Source: an uncultured Gemmatimonadales bacterium (lineage in GTDB: Bacteria; Gemmatimonadota; Gemmatimonadetes; Longimicrobiales; Gaopeijiaceae). Taken from it: a stretch of DNA of 64,000 nt. Positions 58,092 through 64,000 of this stretch are shown here, one piece after another. The position numbers were made by a program, and so were the translations under genes. Under the pieces are notes generated by a model. That model was given only the letters and a program-made list of their open reading frames with translations, was not told the DNA's origin and made no database searches. The stretch's first letter is position 1; each line of letters begins with the position of its first letter. The stretch lies in the NCBI GenBank assembly GCA_963809895.1, contig CAWELD010000003.1, positions 2,176,001 through 2,240,000 on the forward strand. Direction: 5' to 3'.

Positions 58092-59912
58092 ATGCCCGAC
58101 AAACCTGCCAAGCGTCCGAAGGTGGACTTCCAGAACGTCCGCGCCGAGGCCTCTCATCTGGTCCGTGAGCACCGTCGCACGCTGGCCCTGGGGCTGGTGC
58201 TCATGGTCATCAACCGGTTGGCAGGGTTGGTGATTCCCGCCATGCCTCGCTTCCTCATCGACGACGTCATCCAGGGCGGCCGGGCCGAGTTGCTGATGCC
58301 GCTGGTCTTCCTGGCGGCGGGGGCCGCCCTCGTGCAGGCCGTGACCTCGTTCAGTCTGAGCCAGGTGGTGAGCGTCGCGGCGCAGGGCGCCATCGCCAAG
58401 ATGCGCAAGGAGGTCCAGGAGCACGTCCTTCGCCTGCCGGTCGCCTACTTCGACCAGACCAAGACGGGGGTGCTCATCTCGCGCATCATGACGGATCCCG
58501 AGGGGATCCGGAACCTGGTGGGCACGGGCCTGGTGCAGCTCGTGGGGGGATTGCTGACGGCCGTCATCGCCTTCGGGATCCTGCTGTCGCTCAACCTGAC
58601 GCTGACGCTGGGCACCGTGGCTCTGCTCCTGGCATTTGCCGCGTCCATGTCCATCGCCTTCAAGAAGCTCCGACCCATCTTCCGGAAGCGAGGCGAAATC
58701 AACGCCGAGGTCACGGGGCGGTTGAACGAGTCGCTGGGTGGCGTTCGGCTGGTGAAGACCTACGTAGCGGAGGAGCGCGAGGCAGCGGTATTCGGAGAAG
58801 GCGTGGACCGGCTTTTCCGCAACATCGCCTCCACCATCACGGGGACCTCGCTCGTCGGTGCCATCTCCACGGTGATCGTAGGTGGCATCGGCGTCATGAT
58901 CCTCCTGGTGGGAGGCCGCGCGATCCTGGCGGGCACCATGACCACGGGTGAGCTGTTCAGCTACGTCCTGTACGTGGGCGTGATGGTGGCCCCGCTGGTG
59001 CAGATCTCGTCGATCTCGACGCAGATCAGCGAGGCGTTCGCGGGATTGGACAGGATCCACGAGCTGCGGGCGGTCCGCACCGAAGACGACGAGGACGAGC
59101 GCCGCTCACCCGTCGCCGATCTCCGTGGCGAGGTGGCGTTCGAGGACGTGTGGTTCGAGTACAAGCCCGACACGCCGGTGCTCAAGGGCATCTCGTTCCA
59201 TGCGCCGGCGGGAACCACGACGGCTCTGGTGGGCCCATCGGGCTCGGGCAAGAGCACGCTCATTGGACTCGTGATGGCCTTCCATCGGCCGAAGTCCGGC
59301 CGTGTGCTGTTGGACGGCCGGGACCTGGCCGATCTCCGTCTCCGTGAGTACCGCCACGAGCTCGGCGTGGTGATGCAGGACAACTTCCTCTTCGACGGGA
59401 CCATCCGGGAGAACATCGCCTTCGCCAACCCGGCGGCCAGCGACGAAGAGATCCGGGCCGCCGCGCGCATCGCGCACTGCGACGAGTTCATCCAGCGCTT
59501 CGATCACGGCTACGACACGGTGGTAGGCGAACGCGGCGTGCGGCTGTCGGGCGGTCAGCGGCAGCGGGTGGGGATCGCTCGCGCCATCGTGGCCGACCCC
59601 CGCATCCTGATCCTCGACGAGGCCACGTCGAGCCTGGACAGCGAGGCCGAAGCGCTGATCCAGGACGGGTTGCGCGCGCTCCGGCGAGGACGCACGACCT
59701 TCGTCATCGCGCATCGACTCTCCACGATCCGGAGCGCGGATCAGATCCTGGCCCTGGACGATGGAGAGATCGTCGAGCGCGGCACGCACGCGGAACTGAT
59801 CGCCCACGGCGGTCTCTACCGGCGGCTGTACGAGAAGCAGCACGGAATGATGGAGGACCTCTACATCAATCCCGGTGAGGAGCCCCCGGTGGAGGCGGCA
59901 GGCCAGATCTGA
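58092..59912 (+). CDS. ABC exporter, fused permease/ATPase (MsbA-like)
   Basis: 6-TM domain, GPSGSGKST, LSGGQRQR, ILDEATS, IAHRLST. Confidence 0.95.
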   Translation: MPDKPAKRPKVDFQNVRAEASHLVREHRRTLALGLVLMVINRLAGLVIPAMPRFLIDDVIQGGRAELLMPLVFLAAGAALVQAVTSFSLSQVVSVAAQGAIAKMRKEVQEHVLRLPVAYFDQTKTGVLISRIMTDPEGIRNLVGTGLVQLVGGLLTAVIAFGILLSLNLTLTLGTVALLLAFAASMSIAFKKLRPIFRKRGEINAEVTGRLNESLGGVRLVKTYVAEEREAAVFGEGVDRLFRNIASTITGTSLVGAISTVIVGGIGVMILLVGGRAILAGTMTTGELFSYVLYVGVMVAPLVQISSISTQISEAFAGLDRIHELRAVRTEDDEDERRSPVADLRGEVAFEDVWFEYKPDTPVLKGISFHAPAGTTTALVGPSGSGKSTLIGLVMAFHRPKSGRVLLDGRDLADLRLREYRHELGVVMQDNFLFDGTIRENIAFANPAASDEEIRAAARIAHCDEFIQRFDHGYDTVVGERGVRLSGGQRQRVGIARAIVADPRILILDEATSSLDSEAEALIQDGLRALRRGRTTFVIAHRLSTIRSADQILALDDGEIVERGTHAELIAHGGLYRRLYEKQHGMMEDLYINPGEEPPVEAAGQI

Positions 59913-59995
59913 GGGGCTTCGCCGCCGCGCAGAGGCTTCCGCCAGGCTGCCGGCGGTGTTGGCGAGATGCCGTCCTCTGCCCCGGAATCCTCCGG

Positions 59996-60015
59996 TGCGT
60001 TTCAGGTGAAACGCA
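59996..60015. repeat. Palindrome TGCGTTTCA-GG-TGAAACGCA (parS-like)
   Basis: 9-bp perfect arms; a near-identical perfect palindrome lies at 61154-61169. Confidence 0.6.
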
Positions 60016-60203
60016 TGAATGGGACGGGGGGATGTCTGGATGGGCGGGCGGGGCTCCGGTCGCGTTTCGCGGTCCCTGAATCCGTCCCATCGCGCCATGC
60101 CGATGTCTCACCTCGCGCGGTAGCTTTCGGGTGCGGTTTCGGGTTGTGTTCGGTTCGTGGGCCTCGTCGTGGGGCTCTTCTCGAGGCGCAGGTGGCGGTG
60201 GTC

Positions 60204-61694
60204 ATGGTGCGGTGGGCAGATGCAGGGGGTGCGTGGAGTCGGGATACGCGGGCGCGGTGGTGCGTGCGCGAGGCGGCCGTCGAGGACGGCTACGAGGGTG
60301 GGGCCGAAGATGCCGCCGTGGGCGCGCCCGCGGCGCCTCCCGACCCTGTCGATCCGTTCGACGACGCCGACGCCCTGGAGGAGCTGGGCGACGAGATCGC
60401 CACGCTGGCGGCCCACATCCACGCCGCCACCCAGCGCATGCTGGCCCTGATCGCCGACTTCGACCGCCGCCGCGGCTGGGAGCTGGGCGGTCACCGCTCC
60501 TGCGCCCACTGGCTCGCGGCCCGCATCGGCATCGATCTGAGCACGGCCCGCGAGAAGGTGCGCGCAGCCCGGGTCCTGGCCGGGCTGCCTGCGACCCGCG
60601 CCGCCATGGGCCGAGGCGAGCTGTCCTTCTCCCAGGTGCGGGCGCTCACGCGCGTGGCCACGCCCGAAAACGAGACCGATCTACTGGAGCTGGCCCGCGG
60701 GGCCACCACGGCGCAGCTGGAGCGGCTGGTCCGGGGCTGGAAGCGGGGCTCTGGGCGTGACGAGGCCACGTTCGAGGCCTGGCGCTACGAGAACCGCAGG
60801 GTCTCGGTCTTCCCCGACGAGGACGGCATCTACCAGGTGCGGGGTGAGCTGACGCCGGAGCTGGGCGCGCTGCTCATGCGGGCGCTGGACGCGGCCAGCG
60901 ACGCCCTGGTCCGGGAGCACGGGGTGCCGAAGCTCGACACCGACGCCGAGCGCCGGAAGGACGCGGCCCAGCGGCGGGCCGATGCCCTGGGCCTGCTGGC
61001 GGAGCGGGCGCTGGGGGCGGGCTTCGGCGACGAGAACGCGCCGGTGAGCGGCGCCCGGGCCGAGCGCTATCAGGTGGTGCTCCACGTGGAGCCCGAGACG
61101 CTCCGGGCCGACGCCCACGAGTCCGGCCGCTCCGAGCTGGACGACGGCACCCGCGTTTCAGCTGAAACGTCGCGGCGACTGGCGTGCGACGCCGGGCGGG
61201 TCGACATGACCCACGAGCCCGAAACCGGACAGATCCTGAACGTGGGCCGAAAGACCCGCACCATCCCCCCGGCGCTGCGCCGGGCGCTGGAGGCCCGCGA
61301 CCGCGGGTGCCGCTTTCCCGGCTGTGGGCTCCGCTACACCGACGCCCATCACATCGTGCACTGGGCCGACGGCGGCGAGACCTCGCTGGGCAACTGCCTC
61401 CTGCTCTGCTACTTCCATCACCGACTCGTGCACGAGGGCGGCTGGAGCATGGAGTGGACCGGCCCGGGACAGGCCCTCTTCCGGGATCCGCTGGGCGGGA
61501 TCCACTACGACGGCGGCTGGCAGCCGCCGGAGCTGGGCCCGGAGCCCGTCGCCGCCCTCGTGGCCGCCAACCGCCGCCAGGGCGCCGATCCCGACGGCTG
61601 GACCGCCGCCACCCGCTGGACGCGCGAGCGTGACATCCCGCGCCGCGTCCTCTTCAAGGCCACCGAGGCCGCACTCGACGCCCTGGGACCCTGA
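60204..61694 (+). CDS. DUF222 (13E12-repeat) / HNH endonuclease protein
   Basis: LIADFDRRRGW..SCAHWL..TAREKVRAAR, VSAETSRRLACDA, GRKTRTIPPALRRAL..RDRGCRFPGC..DAHHIVHWADGGETSLGNCLLLCYFHHRLVH. The start is uncertain. Confidence 0.9.
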   Translation: MVRWADAGGAWSRDTRARWCVREAAVEDGYEGGAEDAAVGAPAAPPDPVDPFDDADALEELGDEIATLAAHIHAATQRMLALIADFDRRRGWELGGHRSCAHWLAARIGIDLSTAREKVRAARVLAGLPATRAAMGRGELSFSQVRALTRVATPENETDLLELARGATTAQLERLVRGWKRGSGRDEATFEAWRYENRRVSVFPDEDGIYQVRGELTPELGALLMRALDAASDALVREHGVPKLDTDAERRKDAAQRRADALGLLAERALGAGFGDENAPVSGARAERYQVVLHVEPETLRADAHESGRSELDDGTRVSAETSRRLACDAGRVDMTHEPETGQILNVGRKTRTIPPALRRALEARDRGCRFPGCGLRYTDAHHIVHWADGGETSLGNCLLLCYFHHRLVHEGGWSMEWTGPGQALFRDPLGGIHYDGGWQPPELGPEPVAALVAANRRQGADPDGWTAATRWTRERDIPRRVLFKATEAALDALGP

Positions 61695-61699
61695 CTCGG

Positions 61700-62200
61700 C
61701 TACGGCCCCTCGATGAACGAGGCCGGCATCCGCACCGCGACCACACGACCCCGGGCCGTCACCTTGCCCTCGGCCTCCACGGTGATGGCGACCACGACCT
61801 TGCGGTTCCCCTTCTCCTCGCCGGCGTCCGCGACCATGCCGCGGACAATCAGCTCGGGCCCCAGCGGGGTCGGTGCCACGAAATCGACCTGAAGGGATGC
61901 GGTAACGTAGCGTGGAAACTCCGCGCCTGCTGGAGCCGGCTCCTCACCGAGCCGGTAGCCTTGTGCTCGCGCCCCCACCGCGGCCGCAGTCCCGGTGCCG
62001 TGGCAGTCGATGAGTGACGCGATGAGTCCGCCGTACACGTACCCGGGGATCGCTGTGTGATGCGCCGCAGGCGTGAACCGCGCGATGGTCTGGTCGCCGT
62101 CCCAGAAGCTCCGGAGTTGATGACCCTCCGGATTCAGCCGTCCGCAGCCGTAACAGTGTGCGGTGTCGGCTGGATAGAGGTCCTGGAAGGCCTCGCTCAT
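61700..62200 (-). CDS. PaaI-family (hotdog) thioesterase
   Basis: HCYGCGRLNPEG..YGGLIASLIDCHG..VTASLQVDF. Confidence 0.88.
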   Translation of the reverse strand: MSEAFQDLYPADTAHCYGCGRLNPEGHQLRSFWDGDQTIARFTPAAHHTAIPGYVYGGLIASLIDCHGTGTAAAVGARAQGYRLGEEPAPAGAEFPRYVTASLQVDFVAPTPLGPELIVRGMVADAGEEKGNRKVVVAITVEAEGKVTARGRVVAVRMPASFIEGP

Positions 62201-62679
62201 CCGCCCGCGGTGTCCGCCGCTGCACCGCTCAACACATCCGGGCGCAGGACGTTGAGCAGGTAGTACGTCACGGCATCGATTTCGCGTGGGGTGATGCCCG
62301 CGACGCCCCACGTGGGCATGCCGGCGACGTGTCCGACGAAGATGTGGTGGCGCACCGAGTCGGGCTGGTCGGCAAGCGGCCAATCGGGCTCTACCAACGA
62401 AGGCGGATCGAGCTCCCGTCTGCGGGCGTACTCGGTCCCTCCGTGGCCCAGAGGACCGTGGCAGGTCCGGCACTGCGTGGAATAGACCACGTTCCCGTCG
62501 ATGGCCTTGAGGGAATCGGAAGCCCACGTGATGGTGTCGAAGTGCAACTGCCCGTAGAGCGAATCCGCCTGCGCGATCTGTGCTTCCCGGTCGGGCGGCT
62601 CGAACTCGTGCTCCTTGCACGAGGCCACCGACACACTCAGAACCAGGAGGCCCACAACCGCAAGGGGCCGCTTGCTCAT
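62197..62679 (-). CDS. Monoheme cytochrome c lipoprotein
   Basis: VASC lipobox, CRTCHG, and distal GMPTW. Confidence 0.85.
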   Translation of the reverse strand: MSKRPLAVVGLLVLSVSVASCKEHEFEPPDREAQIAQADSLYGQLHFDTITWASDSLKAIDGNVVYSTQCRTCHGPLGHGGTEYARRRELDPPSLVEPDWPLADQPDSVRHHIFVGHVAGMPTWGVAGITPREIDAVTYYLLNVLRPDVLSGAAADTAGG

Positions 62680-63065
62680 GGGCTCGATCCCCCGGCGGAG
62701 TCTGTCGGCGGGCGAATCAGCGACGCGCCCGGCGCCAGGTCCTGGGCTCGCTCCAAGGCGGAGTCCGCGGCCGGGATGTTGCCTAGCGCGTGCTGGGCCA
62801 TGTAGATGCCGAACCACCCGGTAGGCTGATCCGGCGCCATCTCCGTGACCCTCACGTAGTGGCGCAGCGCCGCCTCGTAGGAGTGGTCACTGTAGGCACT
62901 GTTGCCGGAGTCGAGCTGCGCGACTGTGGCGTCGCTCAGCCCGGTCCGGCCCGCAGTCTCGGGATTCACCGAATCGGTCCGCTGATCGTCGGGCCGGCAA
63001 GCGCCGAGGCTACCCACACCCAGCATCGTAAAGGCTACCACGACCAGCTCGAGTCGACGGCTCAC
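62676..63065 (-). CDS. TPR-containing lipoprotein
   Basis: LGAC lipobox and GNSAYSDHSYEAALRHY..APDQPTGWFGIYMAQHALGN; the GTG overlaps the upstream stop. Confidence 0.75.
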   Translation of the reverse strand: MSRRLELVVVAFTMLGVGSLGACRPDDQRTDSVNPETAGRTGLSDATVAQLDSGNSAYSDHSYEAALRHYVRVTEMAPDQPTGWFGIYMAQHALGNIPAADSALERAQDLAPGASLIRPPTDSAGGSSP

Positions 63066-64000
63066 GTGCCCCCCTGGAATCCGATGTGACAGGCGCTGCA
63101 GATCCATGGATTGCGCTGCCGGGCCCGCTCGGGATCGAAGTCCGGCCCGTGCGGGTTCACCTTGAAGGCTCCGGTCTGGCTGTGGCACTGCAGACACTCC
63201 TTCTGCGTATGGCACGACGCGCACTGCTCGAGCCCCTGCCTGGCGGCCTGTCCATGTCGCAGGAGCCACACGGGCTCTGCGTCGTGGTACCCCGAGCCCA
63301 GCCGGCCGCTCGCTCCGAACCCCGCCTCCAGGTGGCACTGGCGACAGAAGGCCTGGGTGTTGTGGCAGTTGGTGCACTCCATGGAGGCGCTTCCCGCCGC
63401 GGCGGCATGGCGCATGGCGAAGTCGGGGGGATGATACCCCGGAGCCCTGGGCGCGTTGTGACACGCCGCACAGTAGCTCTCCGTGTGGCACCCCGAGCAG
63501 GTCGCGGGCTGGGCCGCCGCCACGGTCGGGTGCGCCGCCAGGAAGAACGGGCTCTGGTGCGATCCCGGGAGCCGGTCTCGCAAGCCCACGCCCGGCGCAT
63601 GCACCTGCTGCCGCTCCTGAGGACGTTCCTGGGAACGCTCCTGCCCGCCCGCACGCCCCTCGGGCCGCGGCGGCAGTGAGTTCGCAGGCTCGGGCAGCGG
63701 CGCGATGTGACACGCCGCGCAGTCGTCCCTGGTATGGCAGGTGGAGCACTGCGCCGCCGTGGGCACCGGCCGGCCGTGGGTCTGCTCCCAATCGTCGGCG
63801 CGGTGGCTCGCCGGCCTCGGATAATGCGCAGCCATGGCCGGGAGCGTCCAATCGGCAGGGGCTTCGGGCATGGCCTGGATTGCGTCCAGTGACGGATCCA
63901 CGTGACAGGAGGCGCACTTCTCCTGGGTGTGGCAGGTCGCACAGCGGTTGATCTCCCGCGGCGAGGTCGGCCCGTGCGTCGCCAGGAAGTCCCGGGCCTC
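63062..64000 (-). CDS. Multiheme cytochrome c (at least 11 CxxCH, mostly paired); 5' end outside the window
   Basis: Repeating H..CxxCH-x4/5-CxxCH units; the frame is open to the window edge. Confidence 0.9.
   Translation of the reverse strand, partial: EARDFLATHGPTSPREINRCATCHTQEKCASCHVDPSLDAIQAMPEAPADWTLPAMAAHYPRPASHRADDWEQTHGRPVPTAAQCSTCHTRDDCAACHIAPLPEPANSLPPRPEGRAGGQERSQERPQERQQVHAPGVGLRDRLPGSHQSPFFLAAHPTVAAAQPATCSGCHTESYCAACHNAPRAPGYHPPDFAMRHAAAAGSASMECTNCHNTQAFCRQCHLEAGFGASGRLGSGYHDAEPVWLLRHGQAARQGLEQCASCHTQKECLQCHSQTGAFKVNPHGPDFDPERARQRNPWICSACHIGFQGGT

Noticed and set aside
60204..61694. HNH protein as IscB/Cas9-like RNA-guided nuclease
   Set aside because: No RuvC motifs or PLMP N-terminus; the architecture is DUF222 plus C-terminal HNH.

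Overview
High-GC bacterial chromosomal window. The gene repertoire suggests Gemmatimonadota, which is an inference. From left to right: (1) a MarR / esterase / GH3 / Na+:solute symporter run and a divergent VOC gene; (2) a ~16 kb redox island with two convergent quinol-oxidising cytochrome b + multiheme cytochrome c modules (one split, one CbcL-like fusion with 15 CxxCH), each with its own sigma-54 two-component system, plus visible sigma-54 promoters and enhancer-like repeats; (3) an AlkP-superfamily/sulfatase-like cluster; (4) lipoproteins, an L,D-transpeptidase, ppc, a PA2779-like/C39-peptidase pair, and assorted hydrolases; (5) a 12.3 kb integrative element at the 3' end of tRNA-Lys(CTT), bounded by a 46-bp direct repeat (45663-45708 / 57910-57955). 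The element carries an integrase, an excisionase-like gene, HTH regulators, an intact terminase large subunit, a TerS candidate and a tape-measure-like fragment, but no recognisable capsid, portal or replication gene. Its cargo operon encodes a Cys-rich secreted protein, a beta-propeller and a FliB-like protein; (6) an ABC exporter, a DUF222/HNH gene with paired parS-like palindromes, and the end of a third multiheme cytochrome operon. Several genes carry single-base frameshifts, probably assembly errors. All family assignments come from motif recognition by eye; no searches were run.
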